Shown piece by piece: positions 39,910 through 49,707 of a stretch of DNA of 64,000 nucleotides (position 1 is the stretch's first letter; each line of letters opens with the position of its first letter). The translations under genes were made by a program, and so were the position numbers. The stretch is from Yuukianura sp. NJ FZ-2021 (Eukaryota): positions 4,960,001 to 5,024,000 of the forward strand of contig CM102287.1 of assembly GCA_046563655.1 (NCBI GenBank), read 5' to 3'. A model generated the notes under the pieces. That model had not been told where the DNA came from. It saw only the letters and a program-made list of their open reading frames with translations, and did no database searches.

Positions 39910-41260
39910 TTTTTATTTTTATTTGTAGAATACTCTCCCTGCGGGCCCGCAGCCCATGGAGAGGGAGTTCGATTCATTGGAATGAAGCTAATAACAAATG
40001 TTTAACGTGTGGGGCTGTACAAACTGATAACATTTTGTGGAGAATGATTGATTACATAGTAGGGGTTAAGTCGAAAGAATTTAAATTTAATAGAACTTAT
40101 TTCCGTCTTCTTCGTTCTTTGAATTTTGCCTTCATTTCGTCAAGTTTCGCTTGTAGTAGGGATTTGTTGAGATGATCCAATGATTCATGATTAAGTTCTC
40201 CATAGTGTTCAGCAACTGCTTTTTTGAAGGCGTCTCGGCCCTGTATTGCTGCTAATTTGAAGGAGTGTAATTTGTTGAGTTCTGTATGACCTCCATTGTG
40301 TGCAAGAAGGTCGGGCTGCTTGTGACTAGAGTTTGTGACTGGAATTTGCTGATGTTTGGTGGTGCGGGTGTTATGTTTCGTGGGAGCAGAGTTTGGAAGA
40401 TGAGAATCAGCATGGGAAGCGAAAAACGTCTTCGATGACTTTCTTGTTTCTTGTGGAGATGTGGAGCCTTGCTGAATGGCATCTTGATGTGAAATTTCGG
40501 ATGTTGGAGACTTTAAAGGAGCGCCTGGGTTGGGGTCAAAGGTTTCCTTAAGGATGTGTGACTGGATGACCGGCTGAGGTTTGTCCACGAGAGAGGTGAG
40601 CTCTCCCTTTCCCGCTGGGTGAAACTCGGGTGGAGTACTTTTTGTGGCCATAGAATTTGTAGATGAATCTGCTACTTTCTCCACGTGCTTGGCATCTGAG
40701 TGGTCATTCTGGGACTTACTTTTCGTTCTCTGATGAGGTGGTAAGTCGTCGCTGATTCCGATTGCTGATCCCTTAAGCAAATGACATCGACTGAACAACT
40801 TTGCTTTTTCTGCATTTGACATTAGTGACACGGAAATTGTTCTCTTTTTCCCGAAGACACGGACGGAGTGAATTTGAATTTGGAGTTTTAAGTGTCCAAA
40901 AATCCATTCTGAAATGGTTGAAACAGAAACTCGCTCAATTTGTAATCCGTGGATGATCACAGTGGGATTGTCACAGGGTTTTTGTAATGACATTGTTTCC
41001 GAGAGTCGTTGAGCAAATTGGTCTTTTAACCGATTCAGGTGCAATAGATCCGAATTTGAAAACTGGTTGCTTTGGAGTAGGGACGTTAGTGAATTGAAGC
41101 AAAACTTCGCAATTTCCATAGTGCGAGTCTGGACTGTATAAGTTGGGAATCGAATGGAAAAACAAGAGTCTAAATCCTAGTAAGAGTATAAGTTCTAGTG
41201 ACAAAAGAAAGAGAGCTTGGTGACACACGTCTTGACAGTTTCACGTCTCGAATCGAACTC
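39910..41260 (-). mobile_element. Non-autonomous non-LTR retro-insertion (1351 bp) carrying only an ORF1-like gene
   Basis: Perfect 15-bp target-site duplication CTCATCACTGTACAT at 39895-39909 and 41261-41275. The minus-strand 3' end reads ...AAATAAAAATAAAAAA. Single intronless ORF. Base skew is opposite to the flanks. Confidence 0.9.
40097..41119 (-). CDS. LINE ORF1p-like protein (RRM/CTD type, similar to CR1/L2/L1 Tnp22-like ORF1), 340 aa
   Basis: Intact ATG-to-stop ORF. TVIIHGL...KKRTISVSL...EKAKLF...LLKGSAIGISDDLPPHQR matches the ORF1 pattern (N-I-I-x-G-L...RPI-V-F...LKG--I-I-DDL). This is followed by a long S/T/P/H-rich disordered segment and a basic helical tail (KERRRRK). No APE endonuclease or RT motifs. 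Confidence 0.75.
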   Translation of the reverse strand: MEIAKFCFNSLTSLLQSNQFSNSDLLHLNRLKDQFAQRLSETMSLQKPCDNPTVIIHGLQIERVSVSTISEWIFGHLKLQIQIHSVRVFGKKRTISVSLMSNAEKAKLFSRCHLLKGSAIGISDDLPPHQRTKSKSQNDHSDAKHVEKVADSSTNSMATKSTPPEFHPAGKGELTSLVDKPQPVIQSHILKETFDPNPGAPLKSPTSEISHQDAIQQGSTSPQETRKSSKTFFASHADSHLPNSAPTKHNTRTTKHQQIPVTNSSHKQPDLLAHNGGHTELNKLHSFKLAAIQGRDAFKKAVAEHYGELNHESLDHLNKSLLQAKLDEMKAKFKERRRRK

Positions 41261-42305
41261 CTCATCACTGTACATACTAACATTAGTTTCAAAGAATTCA
41301 ACTTCGTAATGACACGTTTAAATTTTTAGTTCAATTTTAGACACAGAGAAAAAGAAATCCGAAAAAAAAAGTTCAAAAATTCTCCAAATCTATACGAATT
41401 CCCACTGGCATACTGGAAAAAGCCTTCCAATTTTTTCAATCTTCTCAGAGGGCGCGAAAAGTTTGTTTTCCCATTAATTTCTGATTTCAAAACAAGACTA
41501 CTCGCCTTTAAAACTTAAAAAAACTCTCAAAAAACCTTGGTGGCCTGAAAAACCTCTAAATCCTCTCCAAAGGCTTATAGTTGCCACAAGAAAAACTTAA
41601 AAAAACAACCACGGAAGTAGAAAGAAAAAAACTAAAACATCCGAAAAAGCACTGAATCTGACTCTTCAAATTACATCAAGTTTAGACCTGAAGGTAAGGT
41701 GACTAAATTCCACTTTTTCTTTTGTAAGAAGGCCTAAAGGCTGCAACAAGAAAATCAAACGAAATGTGATGCCAAACTTTTTCCTTTTCTCTTTTTCTCC
41801 AAAAAAAGAGAAAGCTTTTTCTCCAAAGGAATTTTCTGATTCCTGTTTCCCTTTCGCTCTACCCACTAAAGGTTAGGTTTCCAGCTCCCAAATCAGCCAA
41901 GTCGTAAACAACATAACTAAAAGTAAAAACTCCCCAGACACTAAAAGCACAAACTTTACAAAGATTTCCTCTCGAGCACACAGTGAAAGTCCAAGTCCGA
42001 ATCCAGAACTCTTCCCGTTATTCTTCTACCTGCCTTCATCACTCCTTCAATTACGTCTCTTTTTTCTTTTACTATCTCCAAAGTCCTAAGAGCCTCAAAA
42101 GACACCAACTTTGTAGAGGATTATGATTGAAAACACCAAAAAACGCAAGAATTTCCCAATTTTCCTGCTTTTAGTTCATGACCTGTTGTCCTGTCGGAGG
42201 TTACAGACTCAAAACACAGTCAATCGTTCAGTTCAAAACAAATAGTGTCGAATTCTGAGCCGAAAGCTCTTAAAAGGCGGAGAGCAGTATGCGGTAAGCG
42301 AGCAC

Positions 42306-42375
42306 TCTGTGGAAGCATAATTAATGGCAGCCGGAAGGAAACCTGGTCCTTAATGGATTCCTGTCATGGAACTGC
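42306..42375. repeat. Paralogous non-coding block A, copy 2
   Basis: GCATAATTAATG at 42315 and TAATGGATTCCTGTCATGGAAC at 42351. Confidence 0.75.
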
Positions 42376-44123
42376 CCGCTTTCACTTTATTCCCCGAAAA
42401 ACTACCAGTCACAGTTCACTAGAAGAGGAAGACAATCATGTTCATGTCACTCTTCACTAAAACACAATTAAAAACTAGTTTCATAAGACGATGTTTCCCC
42501 TCTTCCACATTACTGCCATGGACATCATCAACGTAAGCTAGCTGAATTTTGAAAAAATTGTCCCATGCACAATGAAAACTTATTGTTGACAACGAAAGTA
42601 CGAAACGTGTACTAAAGCCAAAAAAAAATTTTTTTTTGAAACTGCACCGTGGACACGAAATTATCGGATCCAGAAAAGATTTTTTTTTGTCAAATTTTAA
42701 ATTTGGTGTAGTTGAACGATCGTCGTGAAAAGCCTCCATCGTCTTTTATTGTCCACATTTTTTTTTGAAGGGAAAATTTTAATTACTCAGTTGCGTTTCG
42801 AGAAAAAAAAATAGAGCGAGGACTAGATGATGAGAATCGTACTCAAATTTAGTCGAATTAGTCAATGCTAGATTCTACATTTCTCAGATTCGTTTAAAAC
42901 AACGTCTGTTCCTGACTTGTTCTGGTTGAGATCAGTAAAAAAAACTAGGAAAAAATGGTAAATTACTTTCTCTTCAAAAAAAAAAAGTTCCCACGCTCCG
43001 GCTCTCCATCCAAATCCCACGCCCCCCTGCGTTTTGAAAACTGCAAACGACAAACTGATTATAATCCTCATCAGATTCTCATCTGGAATCAATTATCTCA
43101 ATTAAGCCACAGCGGAAAAAAAAATAAAAAAGTAAAACCAACTTTTACCTCCGTAAAAGTAAAAGTAGGTCACAGTGAAAGTAAATCTTTCGCGTGCGCA
43201 AGTCACAGAGTGATGGTTATGTTTTTTCAGTTTGAAATTTTCTGGTTCTAGCTGTGCAAATTTCTTTTAAGAGAGTTAGGGCACCGTTTACTTAAGTCTC
43301 TCCAGTTTCAACTTTCCATTTTTTCATTCAAACACAAGTAAAAACTTTAAAAATCCTTGCCTTGCTGAGTTTTAACTCTAGCCATAGGGTATTCCGAACA
43401 GAGAGAAAGGAGAAAGTTGAAGTTGATCTTCTGCTTCCCCTCACTTTTTCCCTCAAAGCCCCAACTTTCCTAGGGAAATTTTTTGGAAAATCGCTTCCTA
43501 TAACTCTTCAACGTTCAACCACCGAACAAAGAGATCATCAAGTAGTCCTCAATATTTTACACCTCTCTCATCATCATGCCATAAATATAAATGCTCCTCC
43601 ACCAAAACACAACCTCATGAATAATTTAAAGCGAGCTAAGGAGAAAGCCAGACTGCTGCGGCGGCCTTTAGGCTAATTTGATCCCCATGACCTAATTCTA
43701 AATCACTCCTAGCATAACAGTTCAAAAACCAAATCAGAATTGCTAACCATGTCAATCCAAACGAAAAACCTCCATTTTGAATTAAATCCACTCTATCAAG
43801 AGAAAGAACTACTCCGCCCACTACCATTTTCCCTTTCTCTCTCTCATCTCTACCAATTCAGGAAAAAAACGAAAAGAAAAGCACAGAGCGGAAGGAAAGT
43901 AGCAAAACTAATCACAATTCCCAAGCTCCTCCGTTCCAATTTCATTTTCCAATAAAGTAGGTTTTTGTGTAAGCTCCAGTTTTTCGCAGTGTAGCAACTT
44001 GCCACGCCATAAGATGCTGAAGAACTTTATACTGCAGTGGGCCCAAGAACAAGAAAGTGGAAAGGAGAAAGTTGATAATGGAACAAGACGGAAACTTTCC
44101 CTGCTCCTCCTTCTTCATCCACG

Positions 44124-44256
44124 TCCCATTTCAATTCCGAAGGACTATGTGCCATGCTTCATTCTAAATTACTCTGCTGCCTCCTGCAACTAATTCCCAA
44201 GGAATTAGACCAAATTAGAGGAGACACTTTCCACAGAGTCCAATTGGATCAGTCTC
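44124..44256. repeat. Paralogous non-coding block B, copy 3
   Basis: TCCCATTTCAATTCC at 44124. TAATTCCCAAGGAATTA at 44191 is identical to 1588-1604. Confidence 0.8.
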
Positions 44257-44688
44257 CCCACTTCCCGGTACGCGGTACCGCTTCTCACGCTATACAAAAG
44301 AAAATTCCCACGCCGAGATCCCTAAATCCGGAGCCACAGGATAATGGTAAACTTGCATTCGATTCAACAACAAACTGCACTGCAACGCTGAAACGCAAAA
44401 ACTTAATAAACCCACCGAGAAAGGAATGCCTAACATAATGTACCCTAGCCTAACATAATGCAAACTAACCCGAAGCCGAAAACCCATTTCGTTATACAAT
44501 AACCCGGATACCCGAATACAATCGGTAAGCTTGGTGTGACAGCGGGAGACTTGCTTGGCCTCATAAGATACGAACCCACCATAACCATTACCAGGGGCCT
44601 CCTTTGACAATTGACTCAAAACAGCAGGGTCATCTCATTACTACCCTTAACGTCATCTTAGTAACTTTTAATTGATTCGCTTGCTTAC

Positions 44689-45120
44689 CTTGCGATTGAT
44701 GAATGAGATGATCAACAACTTGACACGGATTTGCTTTCGATAGCTGTGGTAGTAGTTGGTGTGGTTGATGATGATGGTGATAGAACAGATGAACCGGAAC
44801 TCCGATGGTGAAGTGAAGATTGAAGATGAGATAATGTTAAGTCAATAGTCAAGAGTTCAATGAAGTCTTAATCGACGAATATGTCAACTATTCGATGATG
44901 ATGGAACTTCTTAGTGTAGACGTAGAGTAATTGTGAAGAGATACAAGATGTAAACAAATGAAGAGCGAAGATGAAATACCTCCTTCCAGGATAACGTGAT
45001 CTCTCCAACTACCGGAACCGGGCAGAGAGCGAATCTTCTCCGCTTCTTCCCTCTGGAATTCCTTTTCTCCTCCCTCCGACCGGTTAGTAAAAAGTGAACT
45101 TGTAGTAGATGTAACCACTG
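44689..45120 (-). other. Candidate non-coding first exon of an unidentified minus-strand gene (5' boundary uncertain)
   Basis: Strong donor AAG|GTAAGC at 44689/44688. About 430 nt upstream contain no ATG on the minus strand. The C/A-rich intron-like skew begins immediately 3' of this donor. Confidence 0.55.
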
Positions 45121-46087
45121 TAATTACTTTTTTTTTAAATTAAAACGTTTACTAATAGTGGTGTTGATTAAAGTATTGTCGATCCTATTTTGTGTGAAAC
45201 TTTCTTAGCTTACCCAGGCTTTAATTAAACGCAGCAAACAGTAATTTTAAAAAAACGTTTTTATATTCTTTCAAATCGTAATTATGGAAATGGAACCACA
45301 GACAAAATTCTTTTTAAAAAATACGTTCGGGTTTATATTTAATTTAATTATTAAATTTACGAAAAGAGTACACAACTTTGTTAGGATTTTGTTTGAACTG
45401 TTAATTGTATTGTCTTTTTTTACGGTTTTGAATGCTATTTATTTGTTTATTTATACAAAAAAAAAGAAAAAACAAAACACGACAAGTAGCTGAGAATTGT
45501 CAGGGAATAAAATAAGAAGCTTTATCCTATTGCTGTTTTTGACAGTCTGATCGTAACAAACAACTATAGTTTGTTTCTTTTGAGAATGCTGTTTTATTTC
45601 GTTGATTGTTTCGCTTCCATTGAGACATATATGGCAAACCTCTTTCTTCAGAAACACTTTCTCCATTAGTAGGGTTGTACACACAAACTCAAAAATTTGA
45701 TAATTTCTATGTTGCGACTGGAATAATTGTTTTCAAATTTGAAAACTGTCTTCTCAAAAAAAAACCTATAAGTTACTATGGGTACAATGGAAAAGTTCTC
45801 GCTTGCATCAACCGCTCATCCCCCTTAAAAACAGATGTCTTTATAGTACTCAACTTTCGCCCCTTTTGAATTCATTTTGGAGTAGGGTTTCTGTCTTATT
45901 TCTTTCATAATTTTATTGTTATCGACAATTAATTAGTATTAAAAATCAGATAATAACTGATACAGCAGCCAAAGCTAACGGAGAAAACCATGAGAAAAGA
46001 ATAATTTTACTGTCTATTTTAGAAAATAAAACACAGTAAAATGTAAGAGTGACATCGAAATAGAGTGCCAACAATTAATATACTATT

Positions 46088-48326
46088 CTATTCTACTGAG
46101 GGTGTCATCCGCGGTTTCTTTCTAAATATTTTAGACTTTTTGTGCTGATCACTTCCGGGGCCATGAGCATCCCGTTCTCTAAACTTCCGTTTCCCTAGAC
46201 CAGTCAAATCGCAGGGCGGAGGTGTTGAAAAACCATAAGCCTTGGCAACTTCCTTCAAATTCAACTGAGACACGTCAAAAATACTCTTGAGGCTATGAGA
46301 GTCATAGGCTCGGAGAAATGCTTTGTAGGCTTCTCTTGCTGATTGATTCAAATAGTAATTGGTTTGGACTAACTTCTCTAGTTGTGGTTGAACGTTAGCT
46401 ACTTTGCTCCAATCTACTTCGATTTCAGCAACTGGAACTTTGGCTACCTTTAAGTATCTCAGGAATGGAAGTTCTTGAGGTGATAAAATTAGAAGTGCTC
46501 GTCCGGTACCTTCCGCTCCACGTGCTGTTCTGCCTACTCGATGAATGTATTCTCTTGGATCATCTGGAGGATCGACTTGGACAATCCAATCGACACGAGG
46601 AATGTCAAGCCTAAGTTTTATTAAAATGGATTGTATTAATCAAATGAACAAAAAATAATAACGGTATCTATCATTGAACATATTACGCCTTACCCTCTTG
46701 CAGCTACGTCCGTGCAGAGAAGAATTCCTGTCTCAGCTTGACAAAATTGAAAAAACGTTGCAGTACGCTTCACTTGCTTTTGTTTTCCCTAAAATATAAA
46801 TATGGTGGTTAGAGAAGTATAAATCGTTACGATCAGAATCAGACAGCCATACTAAATTAAAATTGTATCATCTTCTTACGTGAATTGAGAGGACTGGGAG
46901 ATCAATGTAGTTGAGTAATTCGTGGTGAAACTTTACTGACAAACAAGTACTGAAGAAAACCATGACTTTCCTCTTCCTATTTCGCTTGAGAAATGTGAAC
47001 AGGAACAAGAATCTTTTATCCGCCGGACATACAATGTATCCTGAAACAGAATCATCAGTTTTAAGTTAGTTGAGCGATCAATTTGAAAGAACACTTTATG
47101 AAAAGTGATCGGTTCCACTTATGTACCTTGTTCTAGGCCATCAACTGTTGCTATTTCCTTCGTGTCGTCAACTCCAACGTACATCGGTTCCTTCTTCAGC
47201 GCCAGTTTGGTCAGTTCTTCGATTTTCTTGGTCGCAGTAGCACTGAAAAGCATGGTTTGCCTGCGCTCTGCCAAGAATTAGTTAAAAAAATTAATTTAAG
47301 ATCCAGTGAACCTTACGATAACTTTAACACAAGTGAATCAAAGCTTACTCGGCAGGAGAGAAACAATTCGCTTCATTTCTTCTTCAAATCCGATCTGCAG
47401 AATCCGATCTGCTTCGTCAATAATCAAGCACTGCAAATTCTTTGTCATAAATTGTGGGGTGTTGTTGAGGTGGTCAAGAAGACGTCCAGGAGTTGCAACA
47501 AGAATAGTAACACCCTTCTTCAACTTATCAGCCTCCGCTTGACGATTTGCTCCTCCAATGACGAGTCCGCATGTTTGTGCTGGAAATTCCTCCATGACTT
47601 CTCGCAAAACCCCAAATATTTGCATTGCCAATTCTCGTGTCGGGGAAATTACAACAGCGCCAGTTCCATTTCGTGGCAACATTCTGAAAAATCGCACAAG
47701 ATGATGATAGGACTTTACTCACACGGTTGTTGGTCGTGATAAGGAATATGATACGTTACCTTAGTTTTGCACAAACGAGTTCTACAGCCGGAATGAGGAA
47801 CGCAAGCGTTTTCCCAGAGCCAGTTCTAGCAGCACCTACTAAATCTCTCCCTTCCAACAAATGCGGAATAGATTTGGCTTGAATTTCTGTCATCGTCTTG
47901 AATCCTAGTTTTTCTATAGCAGTAGCTAAGGGTTCAGACAACTTCAGTTGGGAAAACGACTTCTCAGAGGATATAAGCACTGCCGTTCCAACGTCTGTTC
48001 CTGGCACTGTTCAAAGCAAAAAGAAAATCAACTTTGTAAGTGAATTTTCAATCAGCAATCAGGTGGGCAACAGTAAAGTAAATCAGAACAACTAAATTCT
48101 TATCATTTGGCTTACATGAAATCTTCGTTTCCTCTGGATCTACGGTGGGTACGTCAGCCTTATTTTCGTTATCCTGGGGTGATATTATGGAGTCTTTTTC
48201 AGTGTTGTTGTTGTTAGCAGTCGTCGCTGACACCTCCCTTTTCTGACCTTTCTCTGCTTTTGTTTCAGCCTTCGCAGACCCAGATCCTCCAGCAAATGAT
48301 TTCCGAGGCTTTGATTTTTTCCCCAT
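46088..48326 (-). CDS. DDX18: ATP-dependent DEAD-box RNA helicase DDX18/HAS1 (pitchoune), 570 aa, 7 coding exons
   Basis: Exons 48326-48116, 48006-47760, 47683-47349, 47267-47127, 47040-46880, 46788-46694, 46610-46088 join via GT-AG introns into a 1713-nt ORF. Motifs: Q motif [88 protein letters not shown], and the HAS1-type C-terminus [25 protein letters not shown]. Confidence 0.96.
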
Positions 48327-49707
48327 CTCGAATTCGCTCCGTCAACGGTCAACAATCGTACCAAGTACGTAAGTCAATTGGTAGTTAATTTTCAAACTAA
48401 TCAATTGAAAATGATGAAATGAGTGTTAAAATTTAATTTTTACGTTACTTGCGTAACTACTGCCTGAATCTGAATGCAAAAACAGCAGAGAAAGATCTTT
48501 TGAAGTCGAAGTTTTCGTTTTCCAATTCCAACAACACGCAAATAAAATACCACGTTGGGGTTCAATTTTCGCGCGTAGGCGAGCTGTATTTAGACTCCTT
48601 AGTGAATTGTAGTTACATTAATAAAAATTAAAAAAAAAGAAAACAAATCAAAACCCTGAGCAAAAACAAATCACAACATAAAACGTTAGAAAAAAACACT
48701 GAAGAAAAAGTATTAGATTTGTTATTGCATGAATTAATTTGACCAAAAATCAATGATTGTACCTACCCTACTCTTCTGTTCATTGTATGGCATATTGTTC
48801 GTTAATGTACCACAAAATCATCCGTAGTAGGAGACAAATTTTGGAGGAAGTGAGACGTATTTTCATATTTAAATTCCCTGCGCGCCACAAATGTTTAAAT
48901 CGGCAATTTGGTTTTCCTGCACCAAATGTATATCACTTGTAACCGGCATGGCATTGTGAGCATAAAAGAAATATTTGACAATTACCAACCATTTATTATT
49001 GTTTTCCTTTTTCGTGAGTTTAATAATGGTATCCCTGAGACTTAGATAGATTTCATCAGGAATACATGTTAGATATTTTTAAGTCTTAAATAGATTTCAT
49101 CAAGAAGAAATTTTAGATATTTCTGAGACTTATAGATAGATTTCATCAAAAAGAAATTTTAGATATTCCGAGACGTAGACAGATTTTATCAAGAAGACAT
49201 CTTAGATATTCCTCAATTCCTGAGACTTAGGTAGATAATGTTGTTGTTCTGAGCACTGTTTGTGGAAAACGATGACGGAGTGATTGTCCTGCCATATTCT
49301 CCGGTTCCGGTTACATCAAATGTAACTTTGCTTTACTCCAATTCTAATTTACAAAACAACAACACAGGAGGAAATCTTTTGAGTTTTTTGTGTTTTGTTC
49401 GATTAACCGCATCCAATTAACCGATTCCCCGATTATTGGATAGATTTGATGTTCAGTTGAGAGTTGAATACAGACGGATTCATCGAATATGTGGTAAGCC
49501 TCAAAATACCTTGTTTCTTGTTATGTTATCTTCTTGTCAAACGAAATTCCTGGTCCTCATTTTCTTATTCTTCGTACTTGGAGTTGGAATTCTTTTATTC
49601 TGCAATTTCAGTTCTCGTCTGCCGTCGTTCTTATTGGTGAACGTGGTCTAAGTTTGATATCGATATCACGACTACGTGTGACACGACTTTCAAGTGTTTA
49701 AGAGAAC
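48327..49707. promoter_or_regulatory. Divergent (head-to-head) promoter region of DDX18 and mRpS9
   Basis: ATGs are ~1.38 kb apart. E2F-like TTTTCGCGC at 48566. Inr-like TCAGTT at 49453 with a possible mRpS9 5'-UTR intron 49494-49611. DRE TATCGATA at 49658-49665 inside the 14-bp palindrome TGATATCGATATCA. Confidence 0.6.
49035..49237. repeat. ~43-45-bp tandem repeat (~4.5 copies) in the DDX18/mRpS9 intergenic region
   Basis: Recurring CTGAGACTTAGATAGATTTCATCAAGAAGAAATTTTAGATATT with a few substitutions per copy. Confidence 0.88.

Noticed and set aside
42490..42780. Possible DNA-transposon fragment (skew-neutral patch with GGACA/TGTCC words)
   Set aside because: No convincing TIR pair or TSD could be defined by eye.
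44534..44546. GTGTGACAGCGG resembling part of miR-210
   Set aside because: Only a 12-nt match lacking the seed, with no evident precursor hairpin.
47257..47739. 160-aa plus-strand ORF
   Set aside because: Antisense shadow of the DDX18 exons.
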